Source: Thermoplasmata archaeon
Lineage (GTDB): Archaea; Thermoplasmatota; Thermoplasmata; Lutacidiplasmatales; UBA184
Direction: 5' to 3'
Assembly (NCBI GenBank): GCA_035507575.1
Contig: DATJNY010000006.1
Span: forward strand, 1,930 to 65,929
DNA: 64,000 nt
Both the position numbers and the translations under genes were made by a program. This document shows positions 29,049-39,141 of this stretch, in pieces (positions within the stretch are counted from its first letter, which is position 1; each line of letters starts with the position of its first letter). A model generated the notes under the pieces. It saw nothing but the letters and a program-made list of their open reading frames with translations, made no database searches and was not told the origin of the DNA.

Positions 29049-32000
29049 CGGCGCACCCACCTCCGGCTCCGCCACCAGCGGTACGTGATCACGCCCAGCA
29101 CGAGGGCGATCGCCGGGACGAACGAGAGCAGCGGGATCACCCAGTCGGGAAGGCCCGACGGAGGCGACCCGATCGACGGACCGGTGACCGTGACCGGCGC
29201 CGTGCCGTTCGAGTTCCCCGTCGTGATCGAGGCGGTCGGCACGGCGATCGTCGTCGACGCCTGGTACGACCCGCTGTGGTTCACGACGGACGCCTGGACG
29301 GTCACGTGGCCAACGGGCGTGAAGATCGACGACGTCGCGGTGAGGTTCACGGAGTACGTCGAGTTGGTGAACGCCGCGATCGAGACCGTCGGGTTCGCGA
29401 GCGGTCCCGAGACGCTGCGGAAGCCGACCTGCCATCCGAGCACGGCGATCCGCGCCGCGTCGACGACGCTGAGCGTCACGGTCTCGGGCACGTTACCGGT
29501 GTTGGCGAGGTAGAACGGCACGAGGGCGTGGCTGATCCCGATCTGCGGCGGCGACGACGTGGTCGCCCCGACGCCGATCCCATAGAACGGAACGACCGTG
29601 ACGGTCGGGCTGATCGAGCCGATCGAGGTGCCGTTCGCGAGCTCGAAGCTGATGACGACCCCGGGATGGGTGGCGGCGGTGTTCGCCGGCACCTGGATGA
29701 CGACGTTGCCCGAGACGGACTTCCCGGCCGGACCCGGCTGGAGGGTGACGTTCGAGAACGAGTACGTGAATCCCCAGTAGGACGGGGACCCGACGGGAGT
29801 GACGGTGACCGGAACGTTCCCGGTGTTGCGGATCGTGAACGCGAACGACGCCGTGCCGGGGGACGTCACCGTCGCGCTGGTCGCCCCGACGATCGTCGCG
29901 TTCGTGCGGTACACGTACTGGTAGGTGAGGTCGAGCGTCACGCCGACGTTGCCGCTCACGACCTTCACCGTCGCGCTCGCGTTCGCGTCCGCGGGGAGGC
30001 CGTTCGGCAGGCCGTAGGAGGAGGCGTGGAGCGTGTACGTTCCGACCGGGAGCGCGACGAGCAGTCCCCCGGACGGGCTCACGTTCTGGTACTGGGCGAC
30101 GACGCCGAAGGCGTTCGTCACCGTGACGTTCGCCGGAGCGAGCAGCGACGCGCCGGACGGCGGGGCGATCGCGATCGACGCCGCCCAGGTCGGCGCGAGG
30201 AGGATCGAGACGGGCGCGGAGGCGGCCGCCGAGACCGTCACGCTCGCGAACCCGGCGAGCGGTTCGCTACCTCCCCCGCCGGCCGCGTAGAGGGAGTAGC
30301 GGCCCGGAAGCACCCGAAGCGCGAAGGAGCCGTTCGCCGAGGTCGTGACGGAGAGCGCCGGGGCGGTCGACGGCCCATAGATCCGGAGCGTGCCCGAGAT
30401 CAAGCCGGGGACCCCCGTGGCGGAGAGCGTGCCATTCAGCCAGACGAGCTCCGTCGAACCGACCACGGGGACCGAGCACGAGGCCCCGCTCGAGCCGAGC
30501 GTGCAACTCGCCCCCGGCTCCGAGACCCAGTCCTCGAAGTAGTTGCCGGTCGAGCTCGCGACCTCCTGACGGGCCGTGAGGGAGACGGCGTACGTCGCCG
30601 CGCCGGGCAGCGTCGCCGAGAACGTCCCGTTCTCGACGGGGACGAGCGCGGTCGCCCCGGACGGGGCCGTGAGCGTCGCGACCGCCGAGACGGAGACGAG
30701 TTCGCCATACGGGTCGTGCAGCGTGCCGGAGAGCGTGTAGCCGACGGTCGTGAGCGCCAGCGAGGGCGTCACCTTGCCCGTCGCGGAGATCGTCACCGGC
30801 ACGAGGACGCTGTACGCCGTGGAGCCCGAACGCGTCGTGGCGTACGCGGAGTAGCTCCCCGGTGGCGCGAAGAATCCCTTCGTGTAGGCGGTCCCGTTGA
30901 CCGTCGTGTGGAATCCGGCGCTCGAGAGCGTGACGTTCGTCGCCCCGAGGACCGCTCCCGTGAGGAGCGAGATCGTCCCGGTCGAGTTCGTCTGCGAGAC
31001 GAGGGTAAAGGAGGTGCTCGCGACGACCGCGCCGAACGCGATCGTGATCGAGCCCGGCGCCGTCGGACGGTACTGGAGCGAGCCGTTCCCCGTCCCGGCG
31101 AAGCCCGAGATCGAGTAGGTGCCCGGCGGGAGGCCCGTCGTCCAGCTCGGTCCTCCGATCAACGTGCGGTTCACCGCGGTCACGCTCTCGGCCGTGAGGT
31201 TGAGCGTGATCGAGGTGCCGGAGGGAACGCCGGTCACGGTGATCGTCGTGGGAACCGTGGTGAGCGAGAGTGGGAACTTCGACATCGCGGCGAGGCCGGT
31301 CGGGGAGATCCCGCACTCGGACGACGGAACGAACCCGACGAGGCCGGCCGAGACGCAGTACGCCGTGGCGGAGAGGGGCAACGCTTGAGGCACGTAGACC
31401 GCCGCGATGCCGCTCGAGTCCGCGAGCGCGGTGACCGACGGCCCCGCCGAACCGGCGGAGACGGTGACCCGGGCCCCGGCCGCGGCGAGCCCCGGAGTCG
31501 TCCCCGCGGTGGTGCCCACGAAGAACCGGGCGGCGACCGACGTGGACGGCACGAGATTGAGCGCCGTCGGATAGGCGAGCGCCACCGAACCGAGCGCCGC
31601 GTAGACGGTGCTGCCCGAGGCGTTCGAGCCCTGGAGCGCGAGGACGGAGTAACTGCCGGCCGGCAGGTAGAACGCGTACGCGCCCGAAGCGGCCCACGTC
31701 ACGACCGGATCACCGGCCGACGTGTACGCGAGGACGGCGGTCGGCGTCGAGGAGGACGCGCCCGAGGCCGTCGCCACGCTTCCGGAGAGGCGGATCGCCG
31801 GCGTCAGCGTGATCGCGGTGGCCGCGTTCGGGGTGAGGGAGGAGGCGGCGATCTCCCCCAAGCCGGCGTAGAGCGTCGCCCCCACGAACCCGAGCGCCGA
31901 GACGGAGTAGTTGCCGAGCGGGAGCGAAGCGGTGGCCACGCCGTTCGGGCCCGTGAGGACGGTGGTCCCGTTCACCGCGGCCGCCTGGAGCGACGCGATC

Positions 32001-35000
32001 GGCGAGACGGAGCTGTTCGAGTACGACGCGATCGGCGAGAACTGCACCGGAATGTTCGCGGCCGGCGCGCCGTTCGCGGCGAGCGTGACCGAGACCGTCG
32101 CGGTCGGAACGAGCGTCAGGTTCGTCGCGAACGTCGAGCTCGGGCCGCTGATCACCACCCGCACGCCGGCGGACCGCTCGGAGGTGCCGGGCAAGGTCGC
32201 CACGAGCGTGTAGTTGCCGGGCGGGAACCCGGAGAGGGTGAAGTTGCCGGTCGCGTTCGTCGTGTTCGTCTGGGAGAATCCGCCGGCGCTCGAGAGCGAG
32301 ACGACCGCCCCGTTCGCGAGGGAGCCCGAGCTCAAGTACACCTTCCCCGACACGCCTCCGGCCCCCAGCCCCGCCGTCGCGTTGGTCGGGACGGCCGGCG
32401 TCACCGTCAGGTCGGTCTCCGTGTAGTTGTAGCCGCCGAAGAGGACGTTGTAGTGGTAGATCCCCGGCGGAACGTTCGTGAGCGAGAACGCTCCGCTCGC
32501 GTCGGTCGTCACGGTGATCTTGGAGAGGTTGGTCGATCCCCACAGCACGACCTTCGCGTTCGAGAGGAGCGGATCCGTGGAGACGTAGGCGGAGTTGTTC
32601 GCCGTGTTGTAGTAGACGAAGCCCGAGACGGAGCCCGCCGGGACCGTGATCAGCTCCTGGATGCTCGGGGCGTCGAACGAGAGGCCGAGCGCGTTCGAGA
32701 CGGTGATGTTCACCTGCTTGAGGAGGATGTTGCCCTGCTGGCTCAGCCCCTCGAACGTGCCGGTCGTCACGTTGATGCTGTCGTTCCCGGGGGGGAGGAC
32801 CAGCGAGAAGGCGCCGTCCGGGGCGGTGACCGCGGTCATGTGCGGGATGCCCCACTGGTCGAAGACGGTGACCCGCGCGCCGCCGACGGGCGCCCCGTTC
32901 GGCAGGCGGACGTCCCCGAAGACGGTCTGGCCGGGGTAGTACTGCAGCATCGACTCCCCGCCCTCGAAGTACATCGTCGCCGAGGTGTTGGCGACCCCGA
33001 CGCCGGCGGCCTGCTGCGCGAGCGCCTGCCACTGGTTCGTGGCGACGAAGCAGCTCGGGTCGGTCTTCGCCTGGGTCGCGTTGTCGCAGTAGTACGCCGT
33101 CTTGTAGACGACCTCGAAGTGCTGGAGCATCCAGCCGGGCTCGACCGGGTCGCTGATCAGCGATCCCTCGAGACCCGGGATCCCCGCCGACTCCCCGATG
33201 TCCGTCCCGTTGTACCCGAAGTACGTCCGGTAGATCATCGAGTTGTAGAACGGCGCGAAATAATTGATGTAGTAATTCACGGGAGTCACGTCGGCGGGGA
33301 CCGAGCCGAGCGGGTAGTAGTTCCCGTCGGAGCCCAGCACGGTGACGTTGAAGTACGTCGTGGGGACGCCGGCCGAGTCGATGATGCGGCCGGTCAGGTC
33401 GGCGGGCGCGTAGTAGATGCCCGTATCGGTGCCGCTGAACGGGATGAGCCGGCTGTCCGCCATGTCGTAGCGGACCGACCATCCCGTGTACGCCTGGACG
33501 TCGTCGTAGATCTTCGCGACGCCGCTCAGCGTCTGCGAGGTCGCGATGAAGTACGACACCGCCATGTACATCGCGTTCTGCGCGGTCAGCGTGTTCGGAT
33601 TGACGGGCAGGTAGCGGTCGGGATGCGCGACCACGAGGCCGACGTCGGAGCTCTGGTTCGCGAGGAGGTTGTGGAGCTGCGTGAGGTTGAGCCCGTCGCT
33701 CGAGAGGATCGTGTTCAGCCCCGCGGGTAGGTACGTCGCGCCGGATTTCGTCTGCTCGGCGGAGAGGAGGGTCGTCGTGAGGATCGCGATCGCGTTCGAC
33801 TCGTTCTGCGCCAAGAGGAACTGGCCGGCGGGGTCGATTCCGTTCTGGAAGTTGTCCGCGACGGACGGATGGTTGCCCTGATCGATCGCCTGGAAACCGT
33901 AGTCCCACCAGCTCACGAACGCCGGACGTTGGGAGACCGGTACGTTCGTATCCTGTTGGGCGAGCCAATTGTAGCCGGCGCTATCGTACTGGTTCGACGT
34001 GTCGATCGAGGTCCCCGCGGCACCGAAGTAGTTCCCGCTCGTCGATTGATTCCCTTTGAGGAACGACGGGAGGGTGTCGTAGACCTGCGACGAGAGCGCG
34101 GTCTTCGTGTTGCCCGGGATCCCCGCGTCGATCGACACCCAGACGTTGGGGAGCACGACGACGAGGACGACGAGGAGGACCAGCACGTGGCGAGGCTTGA
34201 ACGCCTTGCGGAAGGCGGCGGCCTGGCTGCGCCGATCGGAGAGCGAGGCGACGGTCCGCCGGAGTTCCGGGTAACTCCCGACGTCCAGCGCGCGCTTGAT
34301 CGCTTCCGCCGGCAGGAGCGCGAACGCGGGAGAACCGAGCAGGAAGAACTTCGCGGCCGAGATCGGCAGATAGATGGAGAGCACCGCGAAGACGAGGAAG
34401 ACGACGTGCCAGCGCTTGAAACGCCCCTTCGCGAGCGTGTAGATGAAGATCGCGAGGCCCGCGAACGCGAGGAAGAACGTGACCACCCCGTAGCCCACGA
34501 CGAGCTCGTCGATCGACGGCGCCTGGGCCTCGGCGACGGTCGAGTAGATCAGGGTCTTCGCGAAGTATCCCTGCCCCGTGACGATGTTGACGAAGTACGT
34601 CGGTTCGAAGACCGCGAGGAATGCGGCCGCGGCGACGACGAGGAGCCCCAGGGCGGGGATCGAGAAGACCCACGGTACGTCCCGCAACAGAAGGAACGGC
34701 AGCAGCAGGACGAGGACTCCGAAGAACAGCAGGAGCGGCAGGTCGAACCAGGTCGCGAACTGGTGTTGGACGAGGTAGTACGGGATCGCCATCGGGAACC
34801 CGACGAGCCCGACGATCCAGGTCACGACGTACAGCCCGAAGGAATCGACGTGGCGGATCCGCTCCGCGATCATCGCGATGAAGATCGAGACGCCGATCAC
34901 CGCGACGGCGTACGTGTACCCCTGCCAGGCGAGGGCGAGCGCCCCGAGGCAGACGCCGGTGAACACCGCCCATTTGACCGCCGTGCGTTCGGTCCGGAGG

Positions 35001-35641
35001 AACGCCCGTAACCCCGGAAGGTACTGGGACGGGTGGCGGTAGCTCTCGATCCACCGACGCGATCCGACCGCCTTGACGGTCCGGATGTAGGCGTAGATCG
35101 TGATCAGGATCACGAAGGTGTAGAACGAGAGATAGTTCGCGTAGCCGAAGATCGAGGAGTCGATGTTCGCGCTCAAGAACGGGAAGATCAACGCGGCGAT
35201 GAGACCCATGCGCTTCCCGCTGACCTCCCGGCCGATCAGGTAGACCGGGAACACGCCCAGCGCGGCCCAGAGCGGGGCCTGGAGATCGAGGAACCACGCC
35301 CCCGCCGCGACGGCGTTGCCCCCGAACGCCGGAGCGAAGACGATCCCGAGGACCGCGTTCATCCAGTCGAACAGCGGCTCCCGGGGATTGTACCCCCCGT
35401 AGGGATAGTGGAGCAGGGGATCGAAGACGAGATTCTGGTGGTTCAGGATGATGTACGTCGTGACGCGCGAGTGGTAGTAGGAGTCCGAGCCGCCCGCGTA
35501 GCTGAACAGCGGGCCGAACTGCTGGATGATCGGGTACGTCCAGATCGTTCGGATGGCGAACGCCATCCCGAACGCGGCGAGCAGAATGGCGACCGTCCAC
35601 CCGTGACGATGCCACCAACCCGTCTGAGTCGACTCCATCAC
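29045..35641 (-). CDS. aglB: Archaeal oligosaccharyltransferase AglB (STT3 family) with a C-terminal surface-domain extension of about 1300 aa
   Basis: It has a polytopic N-terminal core with GGSDSYYH and the WWDYG catalytic motif (33896..33910). From about residue 905 there are tandem beta-sandwich repeats, then CARDB/NEW3-like NTGNVP segments, and a C-terminal TM anchor (IPLLSFVPAIALVLGVITYRWW). Confidence 0.9.
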   Translation of the reverse strand: MMESTQTGWWHRHGWTVAILLAAFGMAFAIRTIWTYPIIQQFGPLFSYAGGSDSYYHSRVTTYIILNHQNLVFDPLLHYPYGGYNPREPLFDWMNAVLGIVFAPAFGGNAVAAGAWFLDLQAPLWAALGVFPVYLIGREVSGKRMGLIAALIFPFLSANIDSSIFGYANYLSFYTFVILITIYAYIRTVKAVGSRRWIESYRHPSQYLPGLRAFLRTERTAVKWAVFTGVCLGALALAWQGYTYAVAVIGVSIFIAMIAERIRHVDSFGLYVVTWIVGLVGFPMAIPYYLVQHQFATWFDLPLLLFFGVLVLLLPFLLLRDVPWVFSIPALGLLVVAAAAFLAVFEPTYFVNIVTGQGYFAKTLIYSTVAEAQAPSIDELVVGYGVVTFFLAFAGLAIFIYTLAKGRFKRWHVVFLVFAVLSIYLPISAAKFFLLGSPAFALLPAEAIKRALDVGSYPELRRTVASLSDRRSQAAAFRKAFKPRHVLVLLVVLVVVLPNVWVSIDAGIPGNTKTALSSQVYDTLPSFLKGNQSTSGNYFGAAGTSIDTSNQYDSAGYNWLAQQDTNVPVSQRPAFVSWWDYGFQAIDQGNHPSVADNFQNGIDPAGQFLLAQNESNAIAILTTTLLSAEQTKSGATYLPAGLNTILSSDGLNLTQLHNLLANQSSDVGLVVAHPDRYLPVNPNTLTAQNAMYMAVSYFIATSQTLSGVAKIYDDVQAYTGWSVRYDMADSRLIPFSGTDTGIYYAPADLTGRIIDSAGVPTTYFNVTVLGSDGNYYPLGSVPADVTPVNYYINYFAPFYNSMIYRTYFGYNGTDIGESAGIPGLEGSLISDPVEPGWMLQHFEVVYKTAYYCDNATQAKTDPSCFVATNQWQALAQQAAGVGVANTSATMYFEGGESMLQYYPGQTVFGDVRLPNGAPVGGARVTVFDQWGIPHMTAVTAPDGAFSLVLPPGNDSINVTTGTFEGLSQQGNILLKQVNITVSNALGLSFDAPSIQELITVPAGSVSGFVYYNTANNSAYVSTDPLLSNAKVVLWGSTNLSKITVTTDASGAFSLTNVPPGIYHYNVLFGGYNYTETDLTVTPAVPTNATAGLGAGGVSGKVYLSSGSLANGAVVSLSSAGGFSQTNTTNATGNFTLSGFPPGNYTLVATLPGTSERSAGVRVVISGPSSTFATNLTLVPTATVSVTLAANGAPAANIPVQFSPIASYSNSSVSPIASLQAAAVNGTTVLTGPNGVATASLPLGNYSVSALGFVGATLYAGLGEIAASSLTPNAATAITLTPAIRLSGSVATASGASSSTPTAVLAYTSAGDPVVTWAASGAYAFYLPAGSYSVLALQGSNASGSTVYAALGSVALAYPTALNLVPSTSVAARFFVGTTAGTTPGLAAAGARVTVSAGSAGPSVTALADSSGIAAVYVPQALPLSATAYCVSAGLVGFVPSSECGISPTGLAAMSKFPLSLTTVPTTITVTGVPSGTSITLNLTAESVTAVNRTLIGGPSWTTGLPPGTYSISGFAGTGNGSLQYRPTAPGSITIAFGAVVASTSFTLVSQTNSTGTISLLTGAVLGATNVTLSSAGFHTTVNGTAYTKGFFAPPGSYSAYATTRSGSTAYSVLVPVTISATGKVTPSLALTTVGYTLSGTLHDPYGELVSVSAVATLTAPSGATALVPVENGTFSATLPGAATYAVSLTARQEVASSTGNYFEDWVSEPGASCTLGSSGASCSVPVVGSTELVWLNGTLSATGVPGLISGTLRIYGPSTAPALSVTTSANGSFALRVLPGRYSLYAAGGGGSEPLAGFASVTVSAAASAPVSILLAPTWAASIAIAPPSGASLLAPANVTVTNAFGVVAQYQNVSPSGGLLVALPVGTYTLHASSYGLPNGLPADANASATVKVVSGNVGVTLDLTYQYVYRTNATIVGATSATVTSPGTASFAFTIRNTGNVPVTVTPVGSPSYWGFTYSFSNVTLQPGPAGKSVSGNVVIQVPANTAATHPGVVISFELANGTSIGSISPTVTVVPFYGIGVGATTSSPPQIGISHALVPFYLANTGNVPETVTLSVVDAARIAVLGWQVGFRSVSGPLANPTVSIAAFTNSTYSVNLTATSSIFTPVGHVTVQASVVNHSGSYQASTTIAVPTASITTGNSNGTAPVTVTGPSIGSPPSGLPDWVIPLLSFVPAIALVLGVITYRWWRSRRWVRR
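29150..32929 (-). repeat. Protein-level tandem repeats (carboxypeptidase-regulatory-like beta-sandwich units) within the aglB extension
   Basis: About ten recurrences of the pattern G-x-F-x-L-x(2-4)-P-[PA]-G-x-Y (for example DGAFSLVLPPGN, SGAFSLTNVPPGIYHY, TGNFTLSGFPPGNYTLVA, NGSFALRVLPGRYSLYAA, LLVALPVGTYTLHAS). Boundaries are approximate. Confidence 0.6.
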
Positions 35642-35684
35642 CGCGGCTCTCCCCGAACCGGCGGCGCGCGAGACCTGGGGGGTG

Positions 35685-35692
35685 TATAAATA
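35685..35692 (-). promoter_or_regulatory. TATA box (TATTTATA on the minus strand) upstream of aglB
   Basis: A strong AT-rich box 47-50 nt upstream of the GTG/ATG pair at 35641/35638, which implies aglB has its own promoter. Confidence 0.5.
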
Positions 35693-35769
35693 GGCTGCCC
35701 GTCCCCGGCGGTCCGGCCGTCAGAAATTCGACGTCGCGCGTCGCCCCGACGCATCGCGCGAGCGGCCGC

Positions 35770-36297
35770 TCAGTCGACCGCCCGGAAGCGGTAGAACCAC
35801 CGACCGTCGCCGAGCGCGTACGGCTCGACGCGCACGCGATCGCCCACGTGGAGCCCGGTCCACGCCCGACCTTCGATCCGCCCGAAGAGCCGGAGCGGCG
35901 AGCCGTCCAGGTCGACGAGCCCGACCGCGAACGGGACCTCCGCCTCGAGGCCGAGCGGGGCGCCGCCCAGGACGGCGCTGAACGCGTAGATCGTGCCCGT
36001 CTCGGGTAGGTCGGCCCAGTCGAGATCCTCGGTATGACACGTCGGGCAGGCGGTCCTCGGCGGCCAGTGCCACGCGTCGTCCTTCCGGCAGCGGGTGGTC
36101 GAGAGCCGACCCTCCCGGAGTCGGTCGTAGAACCGGGAGAGCCGCGTTTGGTCCGCGCCTTCGAGCGGGAAGAAGTCCAGGAGGAACGGTCGCTTCTCCT
36201 TCGGGCGGTCGGGAGCCGGGGCGGTTCGCGCTTCGTCCGACCCGGCGGGAGGGGGCCCGGACGGCGCGGTACGACGGGCGCGCACTTCGGCGCTCAC
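35770..36297 (-). CDS. DUF35 OB-fold / Zn-ribbon protein (thiolase partner), paralogue A
   Basis: The GTG at 36297 overlaps the thiolase stop (GTGA). It has an OB-fold C-terminus (GTIYAFSAV...VGLVDLDG...RVRVEP). The Zn ribbon is partly degenerate (RC...CPTCH), and there is an N-terminal extension of about 50 aa. Confidence 0.75.
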   Translation of the reverse strand: MSAEVRARRTAPSGPPPAGSDEARTAPAPDRPKEKRPFLLDFFPLEGADQTRLSRFYDRLREGRLSTTRCRKDDAWHWPPRTACPTCHTEDLDWADLPETGTIYAFSAVLGGAPLGLEAEVPFAVGLVDLDGSPLRLFGRIEGRAWTGLHVGDRVRVEPYALGDGRWFYRFRAVD

Positions 36298-37478
36298 GAG
36301 GCGCGCCCTCCCTGGTAGACCATGACGGAGTGGACGTTCGCGCTCCCCGACAGGTTGTGGACGAGCGCCCACTCGGGGTCGGGGACCTGGCGCGCCGTCG
36401 GCACCTCCTTCGCGAACTGCCGGTAGACCTCCGCGGCCTGGGCGATCCCCGTCGCGCCGAGCGGATGGCCGCATCCGAGCAGCCCTCCGCGGGGATTCAC
36501 CACCAGGTCGCCGCCCAGGTCGCCGCGGCCGTCCGCGGCGAACGCCCCTCCTTCGCCCGGGGCGCAGAGACCGAGGGCCTCGTATTCGACGATCTCGGAG
36601 ATCGTGAAGCAGTCGTGGATCTCCGCGAAATCGACGTCGTGGATCGAGATATGCGCCCGACCGAGCGCTTCCCGGGCCGCATGGGTCAGTCCCGTCCACT
36701 GCGTGAGCGACCCCGCGTGGGCGAGGTTGTGGAAGTCCGAGTACTGCCCCGTACCCCGGACCCAGACGGGGGAGTCCGTGTATCGCCGGACGAGCTCCTC
36801 GCCGACGAGGACGACCGCCGCTGCGCCGTCCGTCATGGACGAGCAGTCGCCGAGCCGAAGCGGCGGAGCGACGACGGGGAGGCCGAGGAGCTTCTCGACG
36901 GAGAACTGCTTCGAATAGAACTGGGCGTGCGGGTTCGTGTTCGCGAACCGGTGATTCTTCGCCGAGACGGCGGCGAGTTGCTCGGGGGTGGTGCCGTATT
37001 CGAGCATGTGGCGTTGCGCGACCATCGCGAAGAACGGGGGCGCCGTCGCGCCATGCGGGCCGTCCCACGGCCGGTCCATGACGCATCCCATGGCGGTGTT
37101 CGCCTCGGGCATCGACGGGAGATTCATCTTTTCCACCCCGACCGCGACCGCGACGTCGGAGAGGCCGGAGGCGATCGACGCGTAGGCGGAGCGGATCGCG
37201 CTCTGCCCCGAGGCGCAGGCGAGTTCCGTCCGCTGGATCACCCGGTGCGGTCGCAGACCCATCTGCTCGGCCGCGAGCGGTGCGACGTGCGACTGGAACG
37301 CGAACCGCTCGGGTTCCGCGGCGCCGACGAACAGCGAGTCGACGTCCTCCGCCCGGAGCGCCGGCATCGCCCGGAACAGCGCGGCTCCGACCTCCTGCGC
37401 CATCTCGGGCCAGGTGGTGGGACGGACCCCAAATACGGTGGTCGCGGCGCCGACCAGGGCGACTCCCCGACCGCTCAT
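36294..37478 (-). CDS. Thiolase (SCP2/archaeal type), paralogue A, catalytic motifs intact
   Basis: ELACASG (Cys88, codon 37215..37217), EIHDCFTIS and [10 protein letters not shown] are all present. The ATG at 37478 overlaps the upstream stop (ATGA). Confidence 0.85.
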   Translation of the reverse strand: MSGRGVALVGAATTVFGVRPTTWPEMAQEVGAALFRAMPALRAEDVDSLFVGAAEPERFAFQSHVAPLAAEQMGLRPHRVIQRTELACASGQSAIRSAYASIASGLSDVAVAVGVEKMNLPSMPEANTAMGCVMDRPWDGPHGATAPPFFAMVAQRHMLEYGTTPEQLAAVSAKNHRFANTNPHAQFYSKQFSVEKLLGLPVVAPPLRLGDCSSMTDGAAAVVLVGEELVRRYTDSPVWVRGTGQYSDFHNLAHAGSLTQWTGLTHAAREALGRAHISIHDVDFAEIHDCFTISEIVEYEALGLCAPGEGGAFAADGRGDLGGDLVVNPRGGLLGCGHPLGATGIAQAAEVYRQFAKEVPTARQVPDPEWALVHNLSGSANVHSVMVYQGGRAS

Positions 37479-38608
37479 CGGGCCTCCTCGCGCAGGGCCC
37501 GGAGGACCAGGTCGCCCGCGCCGCTCGTCGTCACCGTGCCGCCCTGGTCGTAGGTTCGGGCCGCGCCGCTCTGGAGCACGGCCGCGAGCGCCCGTTCCAA
37601 CCGGTCCGCCGGCCCCGTGAGACGAGCGTCCTGGTGCTGCCCGCCGAGCCACCGGAGCATCTGCTCGAGCGCGAAGAACGTCGCGAACGGATTGACCTGA
37701 TTCTTGCCGGCGTACTTCGGGGCGCTACCGTGGACCGGCTCGAACATCCCGTGCCCGGCGCCGATGTTTCCCCCCGACGCGAAGCCCATCCCGCCCTGGA
37801 GCACCGCGGCGAGGTCCGTGATGATGTCCCCCATCATGTTCGTCGCGACGACGACGTTGTAGCGCTCGGGGTTCCGGACCAGCCACTGCGTGAACGCGTC
37901 GACGTACGCGTAGTCCCGTTCGATCTCGGGAAACTCCGTCGCGACCCGATCGAACGTCTCGCGGAAGAATCGGCATCCCTCCATCACGTTCGACTTGTCG
38001 ACACACGTGACGCGCCGCACCCCGTCGCCCGGGGCGCCACGCGCCCGGGCCCGCGCCAGCTCGAAAGCGTAACGGATCACCCGCTCCGCCCCCTTCCTCG
38101 TGATGATCCGCGTGTCGATCGCGACCTCGGTCTCGTCCGCGCGTCGCAGTCGTCCGCGCGCCGGCGTGTAGAGGTCCTCGGTGTTCTCCCGGACGATCAC
38201 CATGTCGACGTTCTTGGGCGACCAGACCTCCCGGTACTCTCCGCTGATCCGGTGCTGGACGCCGGGATACAACCGGCACGGCCGAACGTTCGCAAACAGG
38301 TCGAGCGACTCCCGGAGACCGAGCACGAGCGCCCGCCCCGCGATGTCCCCGTTGGGGAGCGTCGCGCCGGGCCATCCGACGGCCCCGAGCAGGATGGCGT
38401 CGGCGCGATGCGCCGCCGCCTGACCCTCGGGATCCCACTCGCGCCCCGATCGAAGGTAGTACTGGCCCCCTCCCGCGTACTCCGTCGCGTGCCAGGGCGC
38501 CGGTCCGGACTCAGCGAGGGCCGCGAGGACTCGCTGGCCCTCCCGGACGACCTCCGGGCCGGTCCCGTCGCCCGGGAACACCGCGATCTCGTAGCCCGCG
38601 TCCTTCAT
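37475..38608 (-). CDS. Beta-decarboxylating dehydrogenase (3-isopropylmalate / homoisocitrate / isocitrate dehydrogenase family)
   Basis: [22 protein letters not shown] and [12 protein letters not shown]...GFASGGNIG motifs. 377 aa. Confidence 0.85.
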   Translation of the reverse strand: MKDAGYEIAVFPGDGTGPEVVREGQRVLAALAESGPAPWHATEYAGGGQYYLRSGREWDPEGQAAAHRADAILLGAVGWPGATLPNGDIAGRALVLGLRESLDLFANVRPCRLYPGVQHRISGEYREVWSPKNVDMVIVRENTEDLYTPARGRLRRADETEVAIDTRIITRKGAERVIRYAFELARARARGAPGDGVRRVTCVDKSNVMEGCRFFRETFDRVATEFPEIERDYAYVDAFTQWLVRNPERYNVVVATNMMGDIITDLAAVLQGGMGFASGGNIGAGHGMFEPVHGSAPKYAGKNQVNPFATFFALEQMLRWLGGQHQDARLTGPADRLERALAAVLQSGAARTYDQGGTVTTSGAGDLVLRALREEAR

Positions 38609-39132
38609 GGAGCGGCGGGTGCGGCCGCCTTCCGCGCGGCGAGTTCCGCCCGCACCTTCTCCACGAGCCCCCCGGCGTCCAGGAGGCCGAGAAGATGGGG
38701 CGGCAGCGGGGGGAACGTCACGGAGGCTCCGGTGCGGACGTTGGTGATCCGCCCGGCGCGCATCTCGAGCCGGGCGGTGTCCCCCTTCTCGAAGATCGCC
38801 CGGACCCCGCGCGCCTCCACGGTCGGGATCCCGAGATTGATCGAGTTCCGGAAGAAGATCCGCGCGAAGGAGTCGGCGACGACCGCGCCGACCCCCGCCG
38901 CCTTCATCGCGGCGGGCGCGTGCTCGCGGCTCGACCCGCATCCGAAGTTCTCGTCGGCGATGATGATGTCTCCGGGTCGGGCGTTCGCCGCGAACTCGGG
39001 CAGGGCGATCTCGAATACGTGAAGCTTCAGCTGCTGCGGATCGATGATGGTCAGGTACTTTCCGCCGATGATCCCGTCGGTGTCGACGTCCTTGCCGAGC
39101 GTCCAGACGCGCCCTTCGATGACGTCCTGCAC
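38605..39132 (-). CDS. Aconitase-family isomerase small subunit (LeuD / homoaconitase small subunit type)
   Basis: [22 protein letters not shown] and [13 protein letters not shown] motifs. 175 aa. Confidence 0.85.
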   Translation of the reverse strand: MQDVIEGRVWTLGKDVDTDGIIGGKYLTIIDPQQLKLHVFEIALPEFAANARPGDIIIADENFGCGSSREHAPAAMKAAGVGAVVADSFARIFFRNSINLGIPTVEARGVRAIFEKGDTARLEMRAGRITNVRTGASVTFPPLPPHLLGLLDAGGLVEKVRAELAARKAAAPAAP

Positions 39133-39141
39133 GTGCGCCCC

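Noticed and set aside
29276-33730. 1484-aa plus-strand ORF, together with the minus-strand off-frame ORFs 30267..31697, 31710..33968 and 33981..35618
   Set aside because: It lies entirely within aglB. The 29276..33730 ORF is antisense and the other three are off-frame on the same strand. The translations are monotonous Arg/Gly/Asp/Glu/Pro runs with no motifs or hydrophobic segments. These are typical shadow ORFs of a GC-rich gene with few stop codons.
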